Positions 26,050-38,499 of a stretch of 64,000 nt of DNA are shown in pieces. The notes under the pieces were generated by a model. That model made no database searches. It had not been told where the DNA came from and saw nothing but the letters and a program-made list of their open reading frames with translations. This DNA is from Camelus dromedarius. Lineage: Eukaryota. Position numbers and translations under genes: made by a program. The DNA lies in NCBI RefSeq assembly GCF_036321535.1, contig NC_087437.1:45262001-45326000 (forward strand). The letters run 5' to 3'. Every line of letters starts with the position of its first letter. Position 1 is the stretch's first letter.

Positions 26050-26470
26050 CTGGGGCCCCCAATGACCATCATGATGATACCTTCTCATCCCACCTTCCCA
26101 TGCTCACATATTCATTTGTCCCTCAAACACCCAGGCTTATTTTTCTAGAGCTTCTGGACTTTTTAATTATCTCTACTTGAAACCCTAGAGCACAACATCT
26201 TTTTAGTGTAAGCTCACTCTCATTGTTCATATCTTAGCTCAAAGCCCACACCTGACCACACTCTAGTCACTCTCCAGCATGTGGCCATCTCTTATTTTCT
26301 TTGTAGCAATTATAATTTGGAAATTACTTCTGTTGTTTACCATTTTATCATTCATCTCATAAGAGCAGGGAACTTGACTGCTCTTTTCTCTACTGTGTTT
26401 TAAGGCCTGGTAGAGCACCTGGCAAATAACAGGTATACAATAAAATTTAACAAAATAAAGGAGTGAATAA
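26050..26470 (+). mobile_element. L2 3' region
   Basis: cataagagcagggaacttgactgc...agagcacctggcaaataacaggtatacaataaaa. Confidence 0.7.
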
Positions 26471-26559
26471 CATGCTATCACTATAATTAATATAAATGAG
26501 TGAGAGCTATAAAATTCTGACTGCCTCAAACAGATTATAACAAGAAGTAAACATTGAGT

Positions 26560-26720
26560 CTAAGGAAACGTAACTTTCAGCACAACATCTCGGATCTGAT
26601 AAGCTCACTACAATTTGTGGGACTTTGGTCAAGTGGTTTGATCTTGGTGAGCTCCTATTATTTTCAGCTATAAAATGGAGAAGGGAAATTAGAACATCTA
26701 AAATTTCCCTTTCAGTATGA
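26560..26720 (+). mobile_element. MIR
   Basis: tgtgggactttggtcaagtggtttgatct...cagctataaaatggag. Confidence 0.6.
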
Positions 26721-27930
26721 AAATGTCATGATTTATTTTCCGACTTATCACAATATACCTTTGCATTTTAACATGAAAATTTATAGGATAATCTAGCTGA
26801 TTTTTAAAATCAATGCATTTGCTACTTTAGGGATTTTATGGACTACATTAATAGTTTCAAAAAAATTATATTCTCTTTTCATCTCAATTATTTTTATTTT
26901 ACAGTTTTTATCTGTTATGTATAATAAACAATGCTTTGCATTCAGATCACAATCAAAATATAAAACTCAATATGTGTACGTCATAGAGGAGAATATGAGT
27001 AACATTAAATTTTCCTGGGTAGTTTCTACTCTTCATATTGAACTTGCTATGTTTTTACATGAATAATAGAATATACTAAAATTGATGACACAATCCTTCA
27101 GTTAGAGTGGTTAGGAGATAAAAAGACAAAAATCTATAAGAAAAAGTTATTAAAAAGCACATCTCTAACAATAAAAAGATGAAGTTGGTCTCTGCATTTG
27201 TATCTATCTCTAGTGTGATGAATATTAGGTCATATTTCAAAACTCATTCATAGTTGTGTAGAATGGCCTGATTTTGATAAGCTCTGGTAGTGCTACTATA
27301 AATATAAAAAGATTTATGAATTAATTTTCATATTTAAAACGCAAAGTCTTCTAGTACAACTGAAGTTTCAGCCTCACACTAAACTGAATATTTCTTTAGC
27401 ATTCAAGACACCACCATGTTTTAGAATATAGATTAATGTGAAATGTCTTCATCTCTAGGAAAGTACAATAAAACTATTTTGAAAATTGGCCTTCTGGGTA
27501 TATTCTAAAAGAATAAAAGTCTTCCTTTCTAGGCATTAAAAAAGTGATCAAATTCAAGCTTGTCTCTTCAAATTTTATCATTCTCTTATATCCTGTAGAT
27601 TATTTCATAAGAGTAATATAATTTAATAAGTTGAAAATATTATATATCCAGTATAATTAAACCATTAAATTCCATTAAAGTGTAATATGTTTGCAAAAGA
27701 ATATTAGCCAATCTGTATAGGTTTCAAGTGGTGTGGTAACAATAGAAAGCCATGCAAAGATCAAATACAAAAATTTATTGATAGTTTAGTAGAAAATCAC
27801 TATTTTGCCATGATTATTTTAGACACATTAGGAACACATTGCCATATTTTATGCTCAGTGAACTTTTTAAAAAATGAACATATCTTTCCTGTTTCCATTG
27901 ATTCTAAAAATGTTTATTTAAAAAACTAAA

Positions 27931-28507
27931 TTGTCACTGTTTGCAGATGACATGACATTGTACAAAGAAAATCTTAATGCTGTCACCAGAAACCTACTAG
28001 AGCCCATCAATGAATCTGGTAAAGTTGCAGGATACAAAAGTAATATACAGAAATCTGTTCCATTTCTATATATTAACAATGAAATATCAGAAAAAGAAAT
28101 TAAGGAAATAATCTCATTTACCGTCGCACCAAAAATAATAAAATATCTAGGAATAAACCTACCTAAGGAGGCAAAAAAACTTGTACTCAGAGAACTGTAA
28201 GACACTAATGAAAGAAACTGAAGACAACGCAAACAGGTGGAAGGATATACCATGTTCTTGGATTGGAAGAATCAATATTGTTAAAATGGCCACACTACCC
28301 AGGGCAATATACAGACTCAGTGCAAATCCTATCAAATTACCAATGACATTTTTCACAGAACTGGACCAAGATATTTTAAAATTTGTATGGAAACACAAAA
28401 GACCCCAAATAGCCAAAATAATCTTGAGAAAAAAGAACAGAGCTAGAGGAATCATGCTCCCTGTCTTCAGACTATACTACAAAGCTACAGTAATCAAAAC
28501 AGTCTGA
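27931..28507 (+). pseudogene. Disrupted L1 ORF2 reverse transcriptase fragment
   Basis: ORFs 27931-28200 and 28181-28507 lie in different frames (frameshift near 28180). FADD catalytic motif present. TGA at 28505-28507 replaces the W of KTVWYW. Confidence 0.95.
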
Positions 28508-29456
28508 TACTGGCACAAAAACAGACATACAGATCAATGGAATAGAATAGAAAGCCCAGAAATAAATCAATGCACTTATGGTCTATTACTCTATGACAAA
28601 GGAGGCAAGAATATACAATGGAGATAAGACAGTCTCTTCAATAAGTGGTGCTGGGAAAACTGGACTGCAACATGTCAAAGAATGAAATTAGAACATTCTC
28701 TAACATCATATTCAAAAATAAACTCAAAATGGATAAAAGACCTAAATGGAAGACCATATGCTATAAAACTCCTAGAGGAAAACACAGACAGAACACTAAT
28801 ATAAATTGTAGCAATTTTTTTTTGAACCAGCTCCTAGAGTAATGTAAATAAAAGTAAAAATAAACAAATGGGGCCTAATTAAACTTAAAAATCTTTGCAC
28901 AGCAAAGGAAACCATAAACAAATGAAGACAACATACAGAATGGGAGAAAATATTTGCAAATAACACAACTGACAAGGATTTAATTTCCAAAATATACAAA
29001 CAGCTCACACAACTTAAAAAAATAAAATCTAAAAATGGACAGAAGATCTAAATAGACATTTTTCTAAAGAGGACATGCAGATGACCAACAGGCACAGGAA
29101 AATATGCCCAATATTGCTAATTATCAGAGAAATGCAAATCAAAAGTACAATGAGGTATCACTCCACATTAGTCAGAATGGCCATCATTAAAAAGTCTACA
29201 TATAATAAACGCTAGAGAGAGTGTGGAGGAAAAGGAACCCTCCTATACTTTTGGTGGGAAAGTAAATTGGTGCAGCCACTATGGAGGGTAGTATGAAGTT
29301 TCCTTAAAAAAGTGAAAATAAGAGTTATCACATGATCCAGCAATCCCAATCCTGGGCAGATACCAAGAAAAAACTATAATTTGAAAAGACACACACACCC
29401 AAATGTTAATAGCAGCACTATACGATAGCCAAGACATGGAAACCACCTAAGCGTCC

Positions 29457-29521
29457 ATTGACGGATGGATGGATAAAGAAGTGAGATTTTATCTCACTTC
29501 TTTATCCATCCATCTGTCAAT
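29457..29521. repeat. Inverted repeat, 31-bp arms, 3-nt loop
   Basis: attgacggatggatggataaagaagtgagat-ttt-atctcacttctttatccatccatctgtcaat, single G/T mismatch. Confidence 0.97.
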
Positions 29522-29522
29522 T

Positions 29523-29537
29523 TATATATATATAAAT

Positions 29538-29569
<32 letters not shown>

Positions 29570-29596
29570 GTGTATATATATATACACACATATACA
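29523..29596. repeat. Compound (TA)n/(CA)n microsatellite
   Basis: Direct read. Confidence 0.9.
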
Positions 29597-29993
29597 TGAT
29601 GGAATACTACTCAGCCACAAAAAAAGAATAAAATAATGCCATTTGCAACAACATGAATAGACCTAGAGAATATCATATTAAGTGAAGAGAGTCAGACAGA
29701 GAAAGACAAATATCATATGATATCACTTGTATGTGAAATCTAAACAAAGGAGATACCAATTTTACTTACAAACCAAAACTAGACAGACATAGAAAACAGA
29801 CATAGAAAACGAACTATGGTTACCAAAGAGGAAAAGTAGGGGAGGGATAAATTAGAAGTTTGGTATTAACAGATAAACATTACTATATATACAACAGGTA
29901 AACAACAAGGAGCTGCTGTATAGCACAGGGAACAATATTCAATTTCTTGTAATAACATATAATGGAAAAGAATCTAAAAATTATATACACATA

Positions 29994-30025
<32 letters not shown>

Positions 30026-30110
30026 TATAAATAACAGAATCATTTTGCTGCACACCTGAAACTAACATTGTAAACCAACTACACTTCAATAAAAAAATAT
30101 TTTTTTTAAA

Positions 30111-30585
30111 GATAGAGCTCATCAGGAACAACCAGGTGGAAGGGACACATAGTACAAGTTATGGGGAAAGGGACGCAGAGCTTCCGTGCCCTCTCTAGGG
30201 CCTCTCTCTCCCCGAGTCGCTACATGTTCACTAATCCAGAAGTTCTTTAAACCCTGTCCCTCTGGGTTTTTACAGAGTCTTTATTACATAGGCATGACAA
30301 ATTAAATCATTGGCCATTGTTGACTGATCCAACCTCCAGCTGCTCTTCCTTCCTTAGAGGTCAGGGGGTAAAGACACTGAAGTTTCTATCATCTGATCAT
30401 AGTGTCAGGTCTCTGGGCCATCAGCCCCCATTCTTAGGCTAGTCCAAAAGCCACTTCATTAACATAACAAATGACACCTTTATTTATTATCACTTTGGAA
30501 AGTCCAAGGGTTTTAGGAGCTCTATGCCAGGAACAGTGGTAAGCTTAAATATGTATATCTTTTAATAATAAATCATAGTATGACA
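30111..30585 (-). mobile_element. MER21-family LTR fragment (MER21C-like)
   Basis: agcttccgtgccctctct, cattggccattg, caagggttttaggagctctatgccaggaac, ending tgaca. Homologous to 1-561. Confidence 0.8.
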
Positions 30586-32329
30586 GGTGCATTTGTGTTC
30601 ATCTTTTATTAAGTGAAATGTACATACAGAAAAGTGTGCAACTCAGTGTATATACATATCATAGGTGTGCAATTCAATGAACAGGAAAAATCTTTCATAA
30701 AGTTGTGTGCTTTAAAAAACCTAATGGAATTTTTTTTTCCAGCTGCTAATTTTAACAAAGCTTTAAAAAGAAAAAGAAAAATAGGCTGAGATAAGAAAAA
30801 AAGAAAAAAACTGACAAGGTGATAGTAAATAATTAACAACTTGTCTAGTTTTTGTGCAACTATACTGCTACTGAATTCATCCAAATAAAAATATCATCAT
30901 CTTCCCAGAGGCATAGCATTGTACAATTATTAATGCCCCAAACATAGAAACAAAGTAGAAGAGTTGATAGCACTACAGAATTACATTTCATAAACAGAAC
31001 TGGTCACCTATGGACATGAACATAAATAATAAATTATGATCATCTAAAATGAACTGAAGTCACTAAATGTTTAAATTGCTATAGTATATTCATCATAATT
31101 TGTATTAGCTTTCATTCTTTGATCTTGAGGTGACTTACTCCTGTATAATAATGAGGTTAGATTAATTGTGTTGACTTCATTTGGAAAAGTGATACAGTAG
31201 ACTGTAACTAAATTTGAATATAGGCTTTTTTTCTCCAATATGTCCATCTATCTTTCGAAAAATTATCTTAAATGTTCAATGTGCAATAGCTGCTACTATT
31301 TTCAGAGTGAACATAAAATGTACAAAAATTTATTTTAATAGTTTGATCATACATCTTATAGGGATAGTTATATGCCATCTTTTATTGTTTATGTTCACTT
31401 AATTCCCTTTAAATATTTCTCTTCCACATCTCATTTTATTATACTATCATTTTGGATGATATTTTTATTCTTGTTGGAGTTTTAACATTTTTAATGGAGG
31501 AAAAAATTCACATATATATGAACACAGTTACATATATTAACAATGCATTTTATGTTCTTAAAAATAGTGCAACAATTTGTTATTGTATTTTGAGAGAAAT
31601 ACACTACCACCCTTGCTTGATTTGATAAGCAAAGTTGCCTTATATCATCATGATTAGATAATATTGTTTAAGACTAAACGTATGACATTAGAAAAGTAAC
31701 TAATGCAAAGTATAACCAAATTATTATATAAATATGCATAAATATTATTAAAAATAAAAACTAATTCTATGTGCAAGTCTTCTTTTATACTTTGAACTTA
31801 ATTCTCTTGTCAAATAAATCTGTTCAAGATTCAGATCTATGAGTTTTTGTGGCATTCTTGATAGCAAAATGATATCTAAGGCACCAAAAGTTGTTTCTTT
31901 AGAAGGTGTAGTTTAGGATAATTTCTAGTGTTTTTTTTTTCTTAAGCTACTAAGGCAACAAATGTTTTCACTAGCTATTGGTACATGAAGACACAATTCT
32001 CAGCATGTTATTATGGAAAACTACTAGAGGAGAAATCGGGCACAGAATTGGAATGAATTCACTGAGGTAAAATGTGTTCTCTTTGATTCTGTTTTTGTTT
32101 TCTATGTTTTACATTTTCATTGATCCTTGTTAGTACTGAAGACATTGTCTCATTCCATTTAGTTCCATTCAAGAGCAGAAAATATCATTTGAACAAAAAA
32201 ATTCCCCAAAGTTTTTTTCCTAGTTAGACTTGAATGTAGAAGAGTACAGTCAGAATTGGATAGTATAAAGCTATAGCTATTTTTTGTTTTTTGTTTTTTG
32301 TTTTCCTAATGTAGGGTTATGGAGGCAGA

Positions 32330-32770
32330 GGGCTATAAATATACAGTACCAAAGTTAGGATAGCCACAGCCCACACTGGCCATTTGTAAACTCTATGTAT
32401 CTTAGAAATGTTATATTACACATGAAAATGTCATATATCAACCTTCTATTTTAGCTCATGCTATGTCATCAGAAGGGCTCGGTTCATCTTGGTCCCTCAG
32501 GCATCCAGGAAGACAGAGTAGCCACCATCTCATGGTACTGCCATCTCACTCTGAGGCTTCAGGCTTTGTGGGGGCAGGGATGAGAGTGACGGAGAACTGA
32601 GCACTGGTAACTAACTGCACTGCCCAGAAAATGACACACTCCAATTCTGCTCACGGTTTAAGGGCCAAAAACTAGTCACAGTTACATACCTAACCTCAAA
32701 GAGGTAGAGAAAAGTAATTTCCCAGATAACTGGAAGTAGAGGACAACCAGCTATTGTGACTCTTGGTAAG
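32330..32770 (-). mobile_element. Old MaLR LTR (MLT1I/J-like)
   Basis: cagaaaatgacacactccaattctgctcac...ggccaaaaactagtcac...cctaacctcaaag. Confidence 0.6.
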
Positions 32771-33129
32771 CTGTGCTGTAACTTTTGAACAGCAATACTT
32801 CTTTGAGTAACAGTCAGTAACTATTTCGTATCTGTTTTTGTTCCTCTGTGTTAGTATTGCTTATATGTGTATGTTGAAAGGGAGACTCATGTTCATAACA
32901 CAGCATGTAGCTAAGGATAAAATAGAAGTTTCAACCCAACTTTATATAAAAAATTGTTTGATTATAGATTTATACAGATTTATAACATGTTTGTGAATAA
33001 GTTTCAAGATAATTTGGAACTTATAATAAGGCACATTAGCCTTAATTCTTCATCATCTGACATCAGTTTCAAGTAACACTTACAGTCAAAAATTGAAAAG
33101 GAAGGAGGAGGATATCATTAAGATGATTT

Positions 33130-33370
33130 GTGGGATCAAGCACTGGTTTTGGATTGTACAGATTTAGGGGATTACATAAATTTTTCTCCTATTACCCATT
33201 TATAGCCATGACCAGCTACTCAGAAACTCAAGAAACTTAATTTTCAAACTGGTAAAATGGGGGCAAGTTAACTGCTTTCGAATGTTGTCCTGAGAATTAA
33301 AGCACATGTATCAAAATGTAGAATGGAGTGCATGACACACAGTGTTTTCGTATTAAAGTGTTGTTACTAA
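33130..33370 (+). mobile_element. MIR
   Basis: ttttcaaactggtaaaatgggg...tgttgtcctgagaattaaa. Confidence 0.6.
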
Positions 33371-34749
33371 TATTTTTTATAATGCCAATATGTAATCCAC
33401 TTTTAACTCTGCTCTTTTGGTGAGTGGCTTTATAATTCAGCTAAAAGAATAATGTATGTTTTGGGGTATGTAGAGGAAACTTACAATGTGAACTACCCAG
33501 TGACCAGTCAGCCATTGTCTGTGATAGTCTATACTGAACAATGCTATCATTAAACACAAGAGAATTACTAAACAAGCTACCTCTGTATTTCGGGGTGTGG
33601 TTTGAAGTTTCCAAAGCGGTTGAATTATTTCTGAGTCAAGCAAAGTTTCAGAGCATCTCAAGGATGCCTTTTGGTAAAATATTTTCTTATTATCTGCCTC
33701 CCACATACACTTTCTTCATCAGCTTAAGTAATTCCAGGTAATGCCAAGACTGTGTTTCAAAGATTAAAGCAAGTATATTGTTACCTTAGATCACCAAGGC
33801 AAAACCTGCATTTGCCTCAGGATTGAGCACAGAACTAAAACAAAACGTAAGTAATGGAGATAATTATCTCCAAGTTTGTAACTAGGACCAGGAAACGAAT
33901 CGATAAGTAGATTTGTAATACAAGTAAACAGATATGCTGTCTTTCATAAAAGAGTGCTATTAAACGGTAAGATATTGGGAATTATTCCTACTTCTAGTAT
34001 AAATAAATCAATATTATAGCGTGTACATTAATGATCAGCATTATAATAAAGAGTAGGAAGAGTTATGGAACATAACAGGAAAACATGCAAATCTAGGGCC
34101 CTCTCCTATAAATATACCACTTTTCCTCTGAATATTTTGCTAACCTGCAAAGTTATCAGTTTGAAGTTATATGGATTTATTTTCCTTTTGAAGGGTAAAA
34201 TTGGTCCTATAGGCTATGTTAAATGTCATTAATTTTAAGAATAAAAGTTCAAATATATTTTGGGTATGAAATATAATTGAACCATAAATTATATTTGCAC
34301 AAAAAGCATATAAGCAATAATTCTTTACAACCTAGTAGTTGGATTGTAACACTAAGTCATTTTGAATTTGAACTAGCTAAGAATAGTTTTATACCCATAT
34401 CTATATGACAGGGGAAAAATTATTTTCACCTATTGCATGAATTTACTTGTACTAACTGCTTTGGGAAGCTTAAACCTTTGTGAACACTGCTTCTTGGGTT
34501 GGCTAACTACACTTAGTAACCAGCAGTTTTCATATTTTGGGATGGTATGATGACTATTTTGTATTCTCTTCAAATCTGTCCTAATTTTCACTAAAATATT
34601 ATTATCTCAGTAATTGTTACTTAGAGCATCAGCATTCTGGCCATTGTTGTATCAGTCATAAACGTCTTGTTCACTTTTATAAAGAATTAAAATTAATACA
34701 GAGTACGCTTAAGAACTAAAATCACTTGGTATCTTTTACTTCTAATAAG

Positions 34750-34930
34750 AATTTATAGAATTTTAGAGCTTGAAGAAAATTTAGAGATCCACTAATTCAA
34801 ATACTCCATTTGTAAAAAAGGAAAATAATTTTCCAAGATACTAACCGCTGTTCAAGATCAAAGAGTACAGCAGCAGAGCCTGAATTAAACCAGGTGCTTT
34901 GACTGCTGGCTCAGATATCATCCTTCCTAA
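34750..34930 (-). mobile_element. MIR
   Basis: atagaattttagagcttgaagaaaatttagagatc...caagatca...agcagagcctgaattaaaccagg. Confidence 0.6.
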
Positions 34931-35075
34931 CTATGTAATTTCTTGTATTATAAGTGCAAATGATACGGTTCAAGAAAACACCACCACCACCTACATAACC
35001 ATTCTCAAGGATATTAAGAGTGTTTATTCAAACATTAGTTCTGATAATAATATTGGTCCAAAGAATAAGGAAAAG

Positions 35076-35164
35076 AGGGAGGGTATAATTCAGTGACAGT
35101 ACATGCTTAGCATGCATGAAGTCCTGGGTTCAATCCCCAGTACCCTCATTTAAAAGTAAGTAAG

Positions 35165-35195
<31 letters not shown>

Positions 35196-35253
35196 ACCTA
35201 ATCACTTCAACCCCACCCCCCAAAAAACCCATCAAAAATATTGGCTTAAAAAA
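35076..35253 (+). mobile_element. tRNA-Ala(AGC)-derived SINE (camelid vic-1 type) with 16-bp TSD
   Basis: gggagggtataattcagtg...atgcttagcatgcatgaagtcctgggttcaatccccagtacc, then (TAAA)n tail. TSD aaagaataaggaaaag at 35060-35075 and 35254-35269. B box intact. Confidence 0.93.
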
Positions 35254-37054
35254 AAAGAATAAGGAAAAGGCAGACATTTCAACTCTATACTGCTATTAAT
35301 ATCTCTTCATCAGAAGGAAAAGAACTGCGGAATGTGAATTGCTACCTCTACAATACAATGTGTGTCTGTATGAGAGACAGACAGAGACAGATGGGTGGGT
35401 ATGAGGGAGAGGCCATGGTTACCATCATCAGATCATCAGGTCTACCTTCTCTCCATGTTAGGTTAGACAATGGCAAGCAGTTGGGTGCTTCTCAGAGAAG
35501 CTGTGCTCACAGAAACAGAAATCAGTGTTCGGGGGAAAGTAGATGAAGCTATGGAGGGAAAATCTGCCCTTGTTGATCTCTAAACAGACTGGGAAGTCTT
35601 GGTAAAGTGAGCCATGTGAGTTCTTTTCACAAGGGTTCATTGTGATTGTGGTGGCTGTTTTTATGCAATGCGTTAGCCATATTTGGAATTTTACTATGCT
35701 CTTATACAAGAAGCACAGTGAAATCTGGAAAGAGATATTGTGCCTAAAAACTGTTTCTAATTAAAAGTTAGAGAAAAATCATTTTCCTAAAATGCTTTTT
35801 CCCTAGTATCCGTTGTTGAACAAATACTAGGGAAACATTTAAAGCTGTAAGTAATACAATATGAAAATGAATGCCAAAGATGTAATTGTCTGATAAAATC
35901 TGAACTATCTGAAGAATTGAAATTTATTTATATGAAATCATTATCTTTTTATGGCAGGCAGATGTTGAGGTTATGGTATTAGTGAACTTCAAATTCTTTT
36001 CATTCACAGATCAGGATCTGCTTTTTAATAAAATGAGAAACCAAGGTCTAACTCTTCTGCCAGCAGATTGGCTTTCTAATTATCTTAGTAATAGCTCTAA
36101 ATTATTATTCAATGTAGGTCTGCGTCCTACTGTTAGTGGGTCATAGTATCCCTCAGGATTCATACTTTTTTCCTGTTATAGAAAATGGCTTGCCATCTGC
36201 AGGTAATTCAAGTTCATTGTCTAACTTCTTAAAATAATATTGACATGGTTAGGAAGCTACTAATGCATTTGAAAGAATCCAAAATTGACCTGGGAGACAG
36301 AACAGTTGATTCCTTTTTAAAATTCACTCTCCCGTCTCACATAAAAAAATAACCTCAGTAATTTCACATCATAACACATTATGTTTTTCTTAATTTTCCT
36401 TTCACTCTGATGTATACAATATTTCGACTGGATGAATTTTTTTATAATAATGAAATTACATAAAATTGTCTTGACAGTAAGGCACCAAATTATAGAGGAT
36501 TGATCAGTGAAATATGCTTTAATGTCACCTCTCTGACAGGGACTATCTTTTGACTTTCACCATCACCTACAGTCCCCAACCCTCAGTTTATTCATCTTTA
36601 AATGAAACTAAAAACACATTATCTTCTTGAGACATCAAGAGCCTTAAGAAGTTACCCATTTTTGTCTGGTAATTCTGATTTTCTGGGATTACCTTAAGAA
36701 AACAATGTGTGATTTTTTAAAAGATGTATAAATATGCTGATTGGAGAAAAATTAGCCTAACAAAAATTTTAAAAATCTAATTTCTATGACTATGAGAACT
36801 GTTATATAACTAACAATATCACTTAATAAAGTGAGAAACACCATAATATGATGAATAATATGTTGACACGTTGAAAAATCTAAAACTATGGGACTAGAAC
36901 ATTTTTGATAGCATTATTGAAGAGTCAATTATTTTAAAAATGTATTACATAGATTATACACATACCTGCACATATCTGTAACTGTATGTTATAAAAATTT
37001 TTTAAATTAATGTGAAATGCCTTTTCTCAGAATAAAAGTAATCAAATATGGTAG

Positions 37055-37490
37055 TAATGGATTTCTACTTCAAACTATGATGGAGTAACTTGTAGCGGAC
37101 CAATGCTTCTACCAAGAATACCTAGAAAAGCAGTAATAATGTCAAAATATTTTTGACATAGCATATACTAGAAAATGAAAAATCAATTATATATATGCAC
37201 ACATACATATACTTGCAACCAAACTGTAGGTAAAACATAAAGAATATATAAAAAGGAAATGATAAACATATAGCAGAAGTCAAGGGAAAAAAATGAACAA
37301 TAGGAAAAAAATCAATATAAGAGTTGGTTCTTGGAAAGTCATAGTAAAATTGATAAACATCTACCAGAGTTAACAAAAAATGCGAGGATATTCAAGTAAA
37401 ACTTTCAGAACTGAAAACCATTAATATAGATTCTATAGATATTAAATAGATGTTTTATAATTTAAAAATTTTTATCTCATATATCTGAAA
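37055..37490 (+). mobile_element. Ancient L1M fragment (host of nested L1)
   Basis: aaaatcaatataagagttggttcttggaaa...aaaattgataaac resembles ORF2 (K-S-W-F-F-E-K-I-N-K-I-D-K region). Confidence 0.65.
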
Positions 37491-37494
37491 TTTT

Positions 37495-38490
37495 ATTCAT
37501 TTATTTGTTCATTTAAATTGAAATATAGTTGTTACAATATTAGTTTCAAGTATTCAACACAGAAATTTGATATTTTTATAGATTACACTCCAAAGTTATT
37601 ATAAAATATTGACCATATTCCCTGTGCTGTATATTATACCCTTGTAACTTACTTATTTTATATCTAGTAGTTTTATTCCTCTTAACCTCCTTCACCTTTA
37701 TTGCCCCTCCCTCCACGCCTCTTCTCTCTGGTAACCACTAGTTTGTTCTCTGTATCTATGAGTCTGTTTCTGTTTTGTTATAACTATTTATTTTAGTTTT
37801 TAGATTCTACATATAAGTGAAAACATACAGCATTTGTCTTTTTCTATCTGACTTATTTCACTAAGCATTATAACTCCAAGTCCATTCATGTTGTTGCCTA
37901 AGGCAAAATTTTATTCTTTTTTACGGTCAATATTCTATTAAATGTATGTAACAAATTGTCTTTATCCAGTCATCTATCAATGGGCACTTAGGTTGCTTCT
38001 ATATCTTGGCTGTTGTAGATAATGTTGCTATTACCTGAGGTGCATATATGATTTTAAACTGATTGTCATTTAAATTCAAACACATCCTAAAATCTCTTCA
38101 TGTTTTACTTTCCCTCACAATGTTTTATGTTTTGGCATCATATATTACATCTTTAACTGTATCCCTTCATTGTTTGTTGTATTTTTCATTGATTTTACAA
38201 TTTTTGGCTTTTCATCTTTGCAGTAGCTTTTTAAATTGGTTGATTCTCTGCTTTTACTAAATATTTACCACTACCAGTGAGATTTTTCCTTCATGTATTT
38301 ATTATTTCTTGTTATAGCCTTCTTTTTCACTTAAACTAGACCCTTTAACATTTCTTGTAACACCAGTTTAGTGGTGATGAACATTTAGTTTTTTATCTTT
38401 CCTTCAATTCTGAATAATAATCTTGCTGGGTAGTGTATCCTTGTTGTGCTGTTTCCCTTTAGCATTGTAACTATATCATGGCACTCCTTT
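37495..38490 (-). mobile_element. Younger L1 with ORF1 end and inter-ORF region joined to the extreme ORF2 end and 3' UTR
   Basis: Minus strand 38489-38335 translates KECHDIVTMLKG..RIHYPARLLFRIEGKIK..FITTKLVLQEMLKGL (ORF1 C-terminus). 38030-37495 parallels the L1 3' end at 29410-30097. Confidence 0.85.
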
Positions 38491-38499
38491 TGACATTTT

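Larger units (their letters stand above)
27923..30097 (+). mobile_element. 5'-truncated lineage-specific LINE-1 (ORF2 3' portion, 3' UTR, polyA)
   Basis: ORF2 peptides [42 protein letters not shown]. 3' end cttcAATAAAaaaa at 30088-30097. Confidence 0.97.

Noticed and set aside
27918..29008. Minus-strand ORFs (111, 98 and 70 aa) as genes
   Set aside because: They are antisense frames of L1 ORF2.
1..30585. Two same-orientation MER21 LTRs as the ends of one provirus
   Set aside because: They are ~30 kb apart, strongly diverged from each other, and no retroviral internal sequence adjoins either.
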